A stretch of 64,000 nucleotides of DNA from Bacteroidota bacterium (GTDB taxonomy: Bacteria > Bacteroidota > Ignavibacteria > Kapaibacteriales > UBA2268): assembly GCA_021780815.1 (NCBI GenBank), contig JAJXYC010000015.1:273796-337795 (forward strand). Direction: 5' to 3'. The notes beneath the pieces were generated by a model. That model was not told where the DNA came from, did no database searches, and saw nothing but the letters and a program-made list of their open reading frames with translations. Of this stretch, positions 20,977-30,425 are shown piece after piece (position 1 is the first letter of the stretch; the number at the start of each line of letters is the position of its first letter). The position numbers and the translations under genes are program-made.

Positions 20977-21804
20977 TCATCTAATTGCTTCCCATTCTTT
21001 GGAATAGGATTTCCCTAATATTATTATAGAAATAGAATTTAAAATCCAGAACCAAATTGTTTTGAAATATCCGTATTTTCTAAATCTTCTTGGAGATTCC
21101 AAAACAACTAATTCCGGTTCAAATTTAATTTTAGTAAATTTTGATAAGCGCCTGAACAAATCGAAATCTTCGCCAGCAACAATTAAAGGATTATATCCAT
21201 TTACTTTTTGAAATAATTCTTTTTTTACTATTTGGCATTCCCCTCGCCCCATACCAAGGTGGATTCTATTTAAAAAACTAACATAAGCATTATGAATTGT
21301 ATAAAATAGTTTATCGGATTTGGTCATTTCGTCAGGGAAACCAAGCACATAGCAAGCAATAGCACCGAAAGAGTCATTTTTAATTTCAGCCCATTGTCTA
21401 ATATAAGTAAAAAAAGTATTTACATCTTGCGGGTAAGTATCTGCATTAATAAATACAAGAACATCGCCTGCGGCAACTTCTGCTCCTTTATTCCGTCCTT
21501 CCGAAATAGTTTGGCGATGTTTTCCTTTATGTACAACTATTTTATCGGCAAAAGAACATGCAAATTCAACAGTTTTATCATTGCTTCCTCCGTCAGAAAG
21601 AATTACTTCAAAGTGAAATTGTTTTTTAACTTCAGCAGTGTAAATTTGTTTTAATTGCCCGATAATTTTTTCTTCCTGAAAAGCAGGTATAACTATGCTG
21701 ATTAATTTCTTCTTGGCTAATTGTCCATTATAATTAAAATAACCATCGTTAGGTTTATTTTCAATATTAGTAAATGTCCGCCTTATTTCTGGTTCTTGAT
21801 ACAC
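20977..21804 (-). CDS. Family 2 glycosyltransferase
   Basis: The ISIVIPAFQEE opening and the SDGGSNDKT (DxD-region) motif are characteristic of GT-A fold GT2 enzymes. Confidence 0.7.
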   Translation of the reverse strand: MYQEPEIRRTFTNIENKPNDGYFNYNGQLAKKKLISIVIPAFQEEKIIGQLKQIYTAEVKKQFHFEVILSDGGSNDKTVEFACSFADKIVVHKGKHRQTISEGRNKGAEVAAGDVLVFINADTYPQDVNTFFTYIRQWAEIKNDSFGAIACYVLGFPDEMTKSDKLFYTIHNAYVSFLNRIHLGMGRGECQIVKKELFQKVNGYNPLIVAGEDFDLFRRLSKFTKIKFEPELVVLESPRRFRKYGYFKTIWFWILNSISIIILGKSYSKEWEAIR

Positions 21805-21873
21805 AATATTAAAATTTAGTAAATTACAAAATTAATGATTAAATTAATTTTGAATAAAATTTAAAAGAAAAAA

Positions 21874-22197
21874 TTACAGCATACCTAAAATTAATTTAGC
21901 TTCTTCGGTCAATAAAGATGGATCCCAAGGAGGGTCAAACGTAAGTAAAACTTTTGCACTTGAAATTTCAGGGATTTGTTTAACTGTTTGTTCCACTTCA
22001 ATAGGCAAACCACCAGCAACTGGACAAGTAGGTGCAGTCAAAGTCATTAATATCACAACTTCACTTTGTTCAGTTATTTTAATATCATAAATTAATCCAA
22101 GGTCATATATATTTACAGGAATTTCAGGGTCATATATTGTTTTTAACGTATCTATAACTTTTTGCTCTAATTCAATAGCAGATAATATTTCACTCAT
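21874..22197 (-). CDS. Fe-S assembly SUF-system protein (DUF59/MIP18 family, SufT-like)
   Basis: The 107-aa product contains IYDPEIPVNIYDLGLIYDI and a conserved Cys in TAPTCPVAG. Confidence 0.7.
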   Translation of the reverse strand: MSEILSAIELEQKVIDTLKTIYDPEIPVNIYDLGLIYDIKITEQSEVVILMTLTAPTCPVAGGLPIEVEQTVKQIPEISSAKVLLTFDPPWDPSLLTEEAKLILGML

Positions 22198-22215
22198 AAT
22201 ATACCATACAAAACG

Positions 22216-22665
22216 TTAATTTCCTTTGTTATTATTTTTATCAATTGCATCTAAAAAAGTATGCCACGCAAGTGAAGCACATTTTACACGGCTTGGATAA
22301 TCTTTTACTCCACAAAAAATTTCTAAATTCTCATTCGAAAGTTCAGAGTCAGCACAACCGTGTGTAATAATTTCATGGAATTCATTATATATTTCTTTTG
22401 CTTCATCTAATGTTTTTCCTTTCATCAATGTTGTCATAATTGATGCAGAAGATTTAGAAATTGCACAACCTGTTGCTTGAAATTTTATATCAATAATTCT
22501 ATCGTTCTCTATTTGAACATATAAATTTATGTGGTCTCCGCATAATGGATTAAACCCTTCAGACGCATTAGAAGGGGTTTCTATTATTCCCCAATTTCTG
22601 GGATTTTTATTATGGTCAAGAATTATTTCTTGGTAAAGTTCGTTTAATTCGCTCATTTTAATCAA
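22216..22665 (-). CDS. sufU: SufU/IscU-like Fe-S cluster assembly scaffold
   Basis: The opening LYQEIILDHNKNPRNWG and conserved cysteines (CGD, GCAISKSSA) match SufU. Confidence 0.75.
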   Translation of the reverse strand: MIKMSELNELYQEIILDHNKNPRNWGIIETPSNASEGFNPLCGDHINLYVQIENDRIIDIKFQATGCAISKSSASIMTTLMKGKTLDEAKEIYNEFHEIITHGCADSELSNENLEIFCGVKDYPSRVKCASLAWHTFLDAIDKNNNKGN

Positions 22666-23896
22666 AAATTGAAATTACTTCTTTAATACTATTAATAAAA
22701 ACGTTTATATCATCAATTGTATTGTAGAAAGCAAAAGAAGCACGAGTAGTTGCAGGTATGTTAAAATGTCTCATAACTGGCTCTGTACAATGTTGTCCTG
22801 TGCGAACAGCAACTCCAAGTTTGTCAAAAATTGTACCTACATCATGCGGATGAACATCTTCAATAATAAAAGAGATAACACTTGCCTTTTCTTGGGCTGT
22901 CCCTATTATTTTTACTTGTGGTATTTCAAGAACACGACTTGTAGCATAATCTAATAAAGAATGTTCATATTTTGCAATATTTTCAATTCCTAAGTTATTC
23001 ACATAATTTATTGCCGCACCTAAACCGATTGCTCCTTCAATATTTTGTGTGCCTGCTTCAAATTTTCCGGGAACTTCCGCAAATAATGTCCTTTCAAAGG
23101 TTACAGACAAAATCATATCCCCACCTGTTTGGTAAGGTTCCATCTTCTTTAACAAATCTAATTTACCATATAATACTCCTATTCCAGTTGGACCATAAAT
23201 TTTATGACCTGAAAAGGCTAAAAAATCACAATTCAATCTTTGAACATCTATTTGGGTATGTTGAATAGATTGAGAAGCATCTAAAACAGTCACTGCTCCA
23301 AATTCTTTTGCTTTATCAAAAATATATTTAACTGGATTAATTGTCCCTAATGAATTAGATATATGAACAACTGAAACAATTTTAGTTTTATTACTCAACA
23401 TTTTTTCATACTCATCTAATAATAATTCCCCATTGTCATTCATTGGTATATAGCGTAAAACTAATTTCTTCTCTTTTGCAAGTTGTTGCCAAGGGACAAT
23501 ATTCGCGTGATGTTCCATCTCAGTAACAATAATTTCATCACCTTCATTCAAAAAATAACGCCCGTAAGAATAAGCAATCAAATTAAGCGATTCTGTTGCA
23601 CCACGAGTAAAAATAATTTCCTTTTCACTTTGTGCATTAATATATTTTTTTACTGCAAGCCGAGCTTCTTCATACTTATCAGTAGAAAGTTGTGAAAGAA
23701 GATACACTCCCCTATGAATATTTGCATAATAGTTTGAATATAAATCAGTAATTGCATTGATTACTGATTTTGGCTTTTGTGTAGATGCTGCACTATCAAG
23801 ATAAACCAAAGGCTTACCATTCATTTGTTTGCTTAATATTGGGAAATCTTGTCTTACAAGATTAACATCAAAATTACAATCAGATTCTATTCTCAT
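22658..23896 (-). CDS. sufS: Cysteine desulfurase SufS (class II aminotransferase). The start is placed at an internal Met (MRIESDCNF) because the upstream 24 codons look non-coding.
   Basis: Matches include FPILSKQMNGKPLVYLDSAASTQKP and the PLP-Lys region SGHKIYGPTGIGVLY. The 3' end overlaps sufU by 8 bp. Confidence 0.8.
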   Translation of the reverse strand: MRIESDCNFDVNLVRQDFPILSKQMNGKPLVYLDSAASTQKPKSVINAITDLYSNYYANIHRGVYLLSQLSTDKYEEARLAVKKYINAQSEKEIIFTRGATESLNLIAYSYGRYFLNEGDEIIVTEMEHHANIVPWQQLAKEKKLVLRYIPMNDNGELLLDEYEKMLSNKTKIVSVVHISNSLGTINPVKYIFDKAKEFGAVTVLDASQSIQHTQIDVQRLNCDFLAFSGHKIYGPTGIGVLYGKLDLLKKMEPYQTGGDMILSVTFERTLFAEVPGKFEAGTQNIEGAIGLGAAINYVNNLGIENIAKYEHSLLDYATSRVLEIPQVKIIGTAQEKASVISFIIEDVHPHDVGTIFDKLGVAVRTGQHCTEPVMRHFNIPATTRASFAFYNTIDDINVFINSIKEVISIFD

Positions 23897-23990
23897 TTTG
23901 TTCTCGTAATTTATTATTTTATTTAGAATTAAAATACAAAAATATGAATTACAAATGTAATTATTCACAAAAAAATAAAATTATGAAAAA

Positions 23991-24848
23991 TTATTCAGTG
24001 ATTGTAATTATTTCTTTTACCTTGTAATTTTTCCCTTTATCGTCTAATGTGATTTTAGCAGCTTGCTTGCTTTTATCGTGTTCAAATATAATAATCCACT
24101 CATTTTCCGCAATGATCGGCAAAAATTTCTTCTTTTCATCTAAAGTAATTAATGGCTTATTGTCATAAGCCATAATGTAAGGGAAAGGCAAATGAGCCGC
24201 AGTAGGCATAAAATCCGATGTATATAAAAATGTATTATTCCCAAGTACCAATTTTACCATCTGCAAAGCAGTTGTATGACCAAAAGACAATAGGAAACTC
24301 ACCCCTGGAAACAATTCTCCTTCACCTTCAATCAATTTAAGAATTCCTTTTTCATATAAAGGCAAAAAATTATGCTTTATAAAAGAACCTGTGTCTTTTT
24401 CACTTGAATTAATTGCATAGTTGAAATGCTCTTTTTGGACATAATATTGAGCATTAGGAAAAGTTGGGACAAAATCATCTCTATAACGAAAAGTAGAGCC
24501 CCCTGTGTGATCAAAATGAAGGTGCGTAAGAATTACATCAGTAATTTCATTTCTTGTTAATCCAAATTTTGTTAAAGTATTATCAAAATTAGAAGAATAT
24601 AAATCAAATCCATACATTTCTATTTTCTTTTCATCCCAGTTCAATCCATTGCCTGTATCAATTAATATTTTTTTATCATTCATTTGCAATAACACAATTC
24701 TTGCTTGCAATGGAATTCTATTGTTTGTATCACCGGGATCATAAGATTTTGACCAAAGAGGTTTCGGAATAACGCCAAACATTGCTCCACCATCTAAACC
24801 AAAAAGTCCAGTTTCAATTACGTCTATCTTAATCTTATTTATTTCCAT
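23991..24848 (-). CDS. MBL-fold metallo-hydrolase
   Basis: The HLHFDHTGG metal-binding motif is present. Confidence 0.7.
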   Translation of the reverse strand: MEINKIKIDVIETGLFGLDGGAMFGVIPKPLWSKSYDPGDTNNRIPLQARIVLLQMNDKKILIDTGNGLNWDEKKIEMYGFDLYSSNFDNTLTKFGLTRNEITDVILTHLHFDHTGGSTFRYRDDFVPTFPNAQYYVQKEHFNYAINSSEKDTGSFIKHNFLPLYEKGILKLIEGEGELFPGVSFLLSFGHTTALQMVKLVLGNNTFLYTSDFMPTAAHLPFPYIMAYDNKPLITLDEKKKFLPIIAENEWIIIFEHDKSKQAAKITLDDKGKNYKVKEIITITE

Positions 24849-24919
24849 ACTTCTTTCAAATTTAAAAATTTTTTAAACGTTTAAAAATATTTACTATTTT
24901 TAAAAATGGGAAATTAGTG

Positions 24920-25654
24920 ATGAGTGAAGCAGTAAAAACAATGTTTAGCAATATATCTGGGAAATATGATGCAATGAATGACATTCTTTCCTTTGGGATC
25001 CATCGTTTATGGAGAAGAATAACTGTAAAAAATGCAAAATTAAAACCTCATTTTAAAGTTTTGGATTGTGCAACAGGAACAGGAGATTTAGCAATTGCTT
25101 TTAAGAAAAAATTAATAAGAAAAAATGAGATGAATAACTTCAAAAAGGATTTAATGAATAAAGATGAAAGTATCGTTATTGGAACTGATTTCTGTGAAGA
25201 TATGTTGGTATTAGCGCAAAGCAAAACAAAAGAAAAAAATATAGATGTGAAATTTGAATTTGCCGATGTTATGAACTTACAATTTCCAAATGAATATTTT
25301 GATGTTTCAAGTATTTCTTTTGGAATTAGAAATGTAGATAATCCAAAGCAAGGAATAAGCGAAATGGCACGTGTAGTAAAATCTGGTGGTAAAGTTCTAA
25401 TATTAGAATTTGGACAACCAACAGGGTGGTTCGCTATTCCATACAAATGTTATAGCAATAAATTAATGCCCTTTTTCGGTAAATTAATAACAGGCAATGA
25501 ATTTGCTTACACATATTTACCTGAAACAGCCGCAAAATTTCCGTCGGCTGAAAAATTCCTTGAAGTAATGAAAGGAACAAATGCTTTTACCTCAGTTTCT
25601 TATAAAAAACTTTCTTTTGGTATTGCTTTCTTATACATTGGAATTGTAAAATAA
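24920..25654 (+). CDS. ubiE: Demethylmenaquinone/ubiquinone C-methyltransferase UbiE/MenG (class I SAM MTase)
   Basis: The UbiE signature FSNISGKYDAMNDILSFGIHRLWRR is followed by the SAM motif LDCATGTGD. A K-rich insertion of about 25 aa follows motif I. The ATG at 24920 is preferred over the GTG at 24917 used in the ORF track. Confidence 0.75.
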   Translation: MSEAVKTMFSNISGKYDAMNDILSFGIHRLWRRITVKNAKLKPHFKVLDCATGTGDLAIAFKKKLIRKNEMNNFKKDLMNKDESIVIGTDFCEDMLVLAQSKTKEKNIDVKFEFADVMNLQFPNEYFDVSSISFGIRNVDNPKQGISEMARVVKSGGKVLILEFGQPTGWFAIPYKCYSNKLMPFFGKLITGNEFAYTYLPETAAKFPSAEKFLEVMKGTNAFTSVSYKKLSFGIAFLYIGIVK

Positions 25655-25705
25655 AAGAATTATTTAACTAACATTAATCATTAATTTTGTCAATTATTCC
25701 AAAAG

Positions 25706-26194
25706 TTATTGTCTGTATTTTTTTTTTAGTTCTTCGGCTACAACTTTTGGCACAAAATCACTGACGTCTTCGTTGTATTTGGCTAATTCTTTGACAATAC
25801 TCGAATTCAAATAAGTATATTTTTCATTTGGAAGTAAAAAAATAGTATGTACATCTGGTTCAATTTTTCTATTCATTAAAGCAATTTGGAATTCATATTC
25901 AAAATCACTTATTGCTCGAATCCCACGAATTATAATATTAGCTGATACTTCACGAGCAAAATCAACTGTTAATTTGTGTGATGCACTAACTGCAACATTC
26001 GGCAAATGCTTTAAACTTTCCTTGGCTAATAGCAATCTTTCTTCTTCTGAAAATAGACTTACTTTTTTAGAGTTTATTGCAATAACTACATAAATTTGAT
26101 TAAACATTTGTGCCGCTCGTTCAATCACATCAACGTGTCCATTTGTGATTGGGTCAAAAGACCCTGGATAAATTGCAATTCTTGTATTTTCCAT
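25706..26194 (-). CDS. coaD: Pantetheine-phosphate adenylyltransferase
   Basis: IAIYPGSFDPITNGHVDVIERA is the canonical CoaD N-terminus. Confidence 0.9.
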   Translation of the reverse strand: MENTRIAIYPGSFDPITNGHVDVIERAAQMFNQIYVVIAINSKKVSLFSEEERLLLAKESLKHLPNVAVSASHKLTVDFAREVSANIIIRGIRAISDFEYEFQIALMNRKIEPDVHTIFLLPNEKYTYLNSSIVKELAKYNEDVSDFVPKVVAEELKKKYRQ

Positions 26195-26210
26195 ATTATT
26201 TCTTTCCCTC

Positions 26211-27014
26211 TTATTTAATCACATAAAGGAATAAAATAACAGCAATAGCAAGAACGATTCTATAATACCCAAAACTTTTAAAGTTGTGTGTTGAAATAAA
26301 TTTCATAAACATCTTTATAACAAATAGCGCAACTATAAAAGAAGTTACAAAGCCAATAATCAAAAGCAATAATTCATTATTTTGAAAAGCAACACTATGC
26401 TTGTATAAGCTATAAACAAATGCCGCAAACATAGTTGGAATTGCTAAAAAGAAAGAAAATTCAGCGGCAACCACTCTATTTGAACCAAGTAGTAATGCTC
26501 CAATTATTGTAGCCGCAGAACGTGATGTTCCAGGAATCATTGAAAGCGTTTGAATTAAGCCAATATATAATGCAATTTTATATGTTATTTCAGTAGTAGA
26601 ATTTATTTTTTCTTTTCTTCTCTGATTTTCTATTATTATTAAAGCAACACCTCCAATAAACAACATTATTGCAACAGTCGCAGGATTAAACAAATACTTT
26701 TGTATTTTACTCCCAAACAGACCACCAATTATAATTGCAGGAATTACCGCTACGATAGTTTTTTTCCATAAATCATAAACAACATTTTTTTGTTCTGGCG
26801 ATATCGTTGTTTGAAATGGATAAATTCTTTTCCAAAAATAAAAAACAACGCTCATAATTGCACCTAATTGAATTACAACGTCAAAAGTATTTTGAAACTG
26901 TTCGGAAAAAGAAAAAAACTGATTAAATATGATTAAATGACCTGTTGATGAAATAGGTAAAAATTCAGTTATTCCTTCAACTATTCCAAGAATTATTGCA
27001 TTAATTATATCCAT
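26211..27014 (-). CDS. uppP: Undecaprenyl-diphosphatase
   Basis: VEGITEFLPISSTGHL is the UppP/BacA signature. The product has eight predicted TM helices. Confidence 0.85.
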   Translation of the reverse strand: MDIINAIILGIVEGITEFLPISSTGHLIIFNQFFSFSEQFQNTFDVVIQLGAIMSVVFYFWKRIYPFQTTISPEQKNVVYDLWKKTIVAVIPAIIIGGLFGSKIQKYLFNPATVAIMLFIGGVALIIIENQRRKEKINSTTEITYKIALYIGLIQTLSMIPGTSRSAATIIGALLLGSNRVVAAEFSFFLAIPTMFAAFVYSLYKHSVAFQNNELLLLIIGFVTSFIVALFVIKMFMKFISTHNFKSFGYYRIVLAIAVILFLYVIK

Positions 27015-27156
27015 AAAATTCCAATTATTATTATTGCAAAATTAAGAATAAAACCACGATAAAATGTTTGATTTTAGAATAATGAAAAAATTAAAATGTG
27101 GTTTTTATTATTGAACAAAATGTGGCACAAATTTTTATAATATTATTTTTATAATA

Positions 27157-27705
27157 TTATAGATTAATTATTCTATCGGGATTTTTTGTAACAAAATCAC
27201 TCCAAGAGCGTATTCTTTTTTTATTTCCCGCAGTCCCTTGTTTGTAAAAATGAGTAATTGCAATAGCAAGAGCATCAGTAGCATCAAAGAATTCAGGAGT
27301 TTCTGAAATATTTAAAATATTGCGAACCATAAATTGAATTTGTTGCTTGCTAGCATTGCCTCTTCCAGAAACAGATTTTTTTATTTCCATAGGAGCATAC
27401 TCAATAATTTCAATATTGTAGTTAGCAACAGCAATAATGGCAGCTGCACGAGCTTGCGCAAGTTTGATAAGTGATTGAGCATTTTTATGGTAAAACATTG
27501 TTTCAAAAGCAACCACATCAGGCTTGATTCTTTGAATAATTTGACTGACTTTAAAATTAATTTCGAGCAATCTTTTATTATATTCTTCCTGAATTAATTT
27601 TGCTTTAATAACACCGTATTCGAGTAAAGAAATAGAACTACCCTGACTTTTAATTGCACCAAAACCGAGCAAAACAGAGCCAGGGTCAATCCCAAGAATA
27701 ATCAT
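27157..27705 (-). CDS. ruvC: Holliday junction resolvase RuvC
   Basis: The opening MIILGIDPGSVLLGFG and the size match RuvC. Confidence 0.85.
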   Translation of the reverse strand: MIILGIDPGSVLLGFGAIKSQGSSISLLEYGVIKAKLIQEEYNKRLLEINFKVSQIIQRIKPDVVAFETMFYHKNAQSLIKLAQARAAAIIAVANYNIEIIEYAPMEIKKSVSGRGNASKQQIQFMVRNILNISETPEFFDATDALAIAITHFYKQGTAGNKKRIRSWSDFVTKNPDRIINL

Positions 27706-27753
27706 AGAAATAATAGTTAAAGTTTAAAGATATTAAAAATCTTAATGTTGCAA

Positions 27754-28503
27754 TTAATCTAATTGCTCGGCGATTGCATCGTCAATTTCCATATTGGTAA
27801 AAACATTCTGAACGTCATCATGTTCTTCAAAAGCATCGACGAACTTCATAATTTTTTTAGCAGTTTCCAAATCAGATATTTTTACTGTGTTCTGTGGAAG
27901 ATATTCAAGTTTACTTTCAACAAGTTGAAAATTATTGTCAGATAAATATTTATTAACAGCACCATAATTTTCCATAGCACAAATAATACGAGTAGAATCT
28001 TCATCATACTCGATATCATCAGCACCTGATTCTAATGCAACTTCCATTAAACTATCTTCTGATTTACCATTAGTAGCAATCGCAATAACTCCTTTTCTAG
28101 TAAAGTTCCAAGCAACGGAATTAGTTTCACCCATATTGCCACCAAGTTTTCCAAACATAGAACGAATTTCAGCAACAGTTCTATTTTTATTGTCTGTGGC
28201 AACTTCTAAAATAACAGCCACGCCGCCCGGAGCATACCCTTCATAAACATATTCTTCAATAGTTGCGCCTGCAATTTCACCTGTTCCTTTCTTGATTGCA
28301 CGGCTAATATTATCATTCGGCATATTCACAGAACGTGCATTTAGCATCGCAAGTCTCAATCGTGGATTTGCGTCGGGATCACCACCACTTTCACGTGCCG
28401 CAATTGTTATTTCTTTTGCTATACGAGTAAATATTTTACCCCGCATTGCATCTTGTTTTCCTTTTCGGTGCTTTATATTCGCCCATTTACTATGTCCTGA
28501 CAT
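27754..28503 (-). CDS. YebC/PmpR family DNA-binding regulatory protein
   Basis: MSGHSKWANIKHRKGKQDAMRGKIFT is the family signature. Confidence 0.9.
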   Translation of the reverse strand: MSGHSKWANIKHRKGKQDAMRGKIFTRIAKEITIAARESGGDPDANPRLRLAMLNARSVNMPNDNISRAIKKGTGEIAGATIEEYVYEGYAPGGVAVILEVATDNKNRTVAEIRSMFGKLGGNMGETNSVAWNFTRKGVIAIATNGKSEDSLMEVALESGADDIEYDEDSTRIICAMENYGAVNKYLSDNNFQLVESKLEYLPQNTVKISDLETAKKIMKFVDAFEEHDDVQNVFTNMEIDDAIAEQLD

Positions 28504-28713
28504 CGCTTACCTTTTATTATTTTTTAATTTTCTGTTTTTATAAACTTGCAAATTAATTAATATTTAAAAAATACATATAACTTTTTTGCATTTTTTGTAG
28601 TTTGCCATTTTTATTTTTTCTTATTTGTTTTGCATATATTATAAATATTTCACTGTTTCTCAAATTTTGTGTAATTTTAAGTTTTTGCAAATGTAATTTT
28701 TAATAAATCATTT

Positions 28714-29835
28714 ATGCTTTTAAAGTTTACGAAATTTAATTTTGCTATAATACTTTGCAAACACTATAAAAAATATGTTCCAATCTTAATTGCAATTGTA
28801 TTAGTCGGAACAACAAGCTGTAAAAAAGACATTAAATCTGATGAAGCATTACAGGATTCGTTAGCTTCACACAAAGAAGAACCATTGCCTAAAATAGACA
28901 CATTCCCAAAGATTAATTATAATTTGATTAAGTTTACCAGCAATAGTCGGAAAAAACATTTTTTTGATTCACTAAGTAATGTTCCAAACTTTTCACAACA
29001 TATTTTAATGACCCTAAATAGAAAAGACTGGAATTATATATTAAGTTCAAAAGAAATTTTAGTACCAGAAAAATTTGTAAGCGATATTCGTGCGTATTCG
29101 TTCTTCCCTTTGCTTTATCCTGGCGCTCGACATTTGAAAAAATTCATTATTATGTCTGCACATTATCAAGGTGTAGCATTTTATGAGTATGGAGTGTTAA
29201 TTCGTTTTGCGGCAGTAAACTCAGGTAAAGAAAAAACTCAAACATATCCCGGTCGCTACGCTTTAACATTTAGGCAACTTGAACGACACTCTTCAATAGA
29301 TAGCAATTGGGTTATGAAATATTATTTTAATTTTCACCCAGAAGCAGGAATGGCTTTTCATCAATTTACAATGCCTGGCTATCCCGCATCTCACTCTTGT
29401 TCACGAATGTTCGAAAAAGATGCTATGTGGCTTTATTCTTGGGGCGAAAGAGCAAAATTAGATTCTTCAAAACACAGAATTCCTCTTTCTGGAACACCCG
29501 TTGTTATTTTAGACCATTATCCCTTTGGTGTTGAATATAGACCTTGGATGCAATTCAAAAGTAATAAAGATATTATTTTAAAATTACCCGATGACCCAAT
29601 GAAAGTTGATGAACCTCTTATCCCTATTTCTCAAATCCCCGAAGATGTTCGTGGAATGCTGCGACATAGAGAAAGGTTTATTATTGCCGAAGATTCTTTG
29701 CGAAAGTTAGGAATTATTCGTCCAGAAGTTGAAATTACTAAATCTGTTAATTTCAATAAACTGCGAAGAATTAAAAAAGCACTCGAATTGAAAAAGAAAA
29801 AAGAAATGCTTAAAGAAAAAGAAGATGATTTTTAA
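28714..29835 (+). CDS. L,D-transpeptidase (YkuD) domain lipoprotein
   Basis: The lipoprotein-like signal (LVGTTSC) is followed by the catalytic region HQFTMPGYPASHSCSRMFEKDAMWLY, which resembles the YkuD His/Cys motif. Confidence 0.5.
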   Translation: MLLKFTKFNFAIILCKHYKKYVPILIAIVLVGTTSCKKDIKSDEALQDSLASHKEEPLPKIDTFPKINYNLIKFTSNSRKKHFFDSLSNVPNFSQHILMTLNRKDWNYILSSKEILVPEKFVSDIRAYSFFPLLYPGARHLKKFIIMSAHYQGVAFYEYGVLIRFAAVNSGKEKTQTYPGRYALTFRQLERHSSIDSNWVMKYYFNFHPEAGMAFHQFTMPGYPASHSCSRMFEKDAMWLYSWGERAKLDSSKHRIPLSGTPVVILDHYPFGVEYRPWMQFKSNKDIILKLPDDPMKVDEPLIPISQIPEDVRGMLRHRERFIIAEDSLRKLGIIRPEVEITKSVNFNKLRRIKKALELKKKKEMLKEKEDDF

Positions 29836-29850
29836 CTTTTTAATTCTTGT

Positions 29851-30297
29851 TTATATAAATTTTAATGATTTTAACTTGTTTCTTGTTTCTTCTTTTAAAT
29901 CATATATTGAAAGTTCATTCAACATTTGATAAATATCTTTTCTTATTGTTCCCCATTTACTATGCATAGGACAAGGATGTTCATCACTACAATTGGGAAA
30001 CCCAAATATACATTGATTAAAAATACCTAATCCATCAATTGCTTCGACAATTTGAAGAAGAGTGATTTTTTGATTTTTAACTGGTAAAAAAAAACCCCCA
30101 TTTTTACCTTTTTTTGAATTAACAATATTTTTATAAACTAATTCTTGTAAAATCTTTGCCGCAAACATTTTAGGAACTTGCAATTCTTTGGCTATTACCC
30201 TGACATCTACGCACTGTTCATTTTCTTGCGTTGTTAGATATAGCACTGCTTTTATTGCAATTTCTGCTTTTCTTGAAAATAATACTGTCATTCCCAT
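29851..30297 (-). CDS. Rrf2 family transcriptional regulator (IscR/NsrR-like)
   Basis: The N-terminal wHTH SRKAEIAIKAVLYL...VIAKELQVP and C-terminal Cys residues (CSDEHPCPMH) match the family. Confidence 0.75.
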   Translation of the reverse strand: MGMTVLFSRKAEIAIKAVLYLTTQENEQCVDVRVIAKELQVPKMFAAKILQELVYKNIVNSKKGKNGGFFLPVKNQKITLLQIVEAIDGLGIFNQCIFGFPNCSDEHPCPMHSKWGTIRKDIYQMLNELSIYDLKEETRNKLKSLKFI

Positions 30298-30425
30298 AAT
30301 TTTTCAGATTTTTTTATCTTAATTTATGCAAAATTAATAATTTTTTTATAATTTTGTATTTAATAAGATTAATTTATCTGATTATATTTTTTTATTTATT
30401 GCTTTTATTTTACAATAGGTATTGT

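Noticed and set aside
23897-23968. A 24-codon N-terminal extension of the sufS ORF (MNNYICNSYFCILILNKIINYENK)
   Set aside because: It is AT-rich and poorly protein-like. The conserved SufS N-terminus begins at the internal Met (MRIESD...).
25048-25446. A 132-aa minus-strand ORF antisense to ubiE
   Set aside because: It overlaps a confident ubiE CDS and is probably a spurious antisense frame in AT-rich DNA.
27121-27140. A TGGCAC motif (tgtggcacaaattttta) that could be a sigma-54 promoter
   Set aside because: No TTGC/TTGT -12 element is present at the correct spacing. It lies downstream of ruvC with no appropriately oriented gene to drive.
30354-30425. The upstream ATG start for the 567-aa membrane protein
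   Set aside because: The first 24 codons are AT-rich promoter-like sequence (LIRLIYLIIFFYLLLLFYNRYC). The start at 30426 is preferred, with low certainty.
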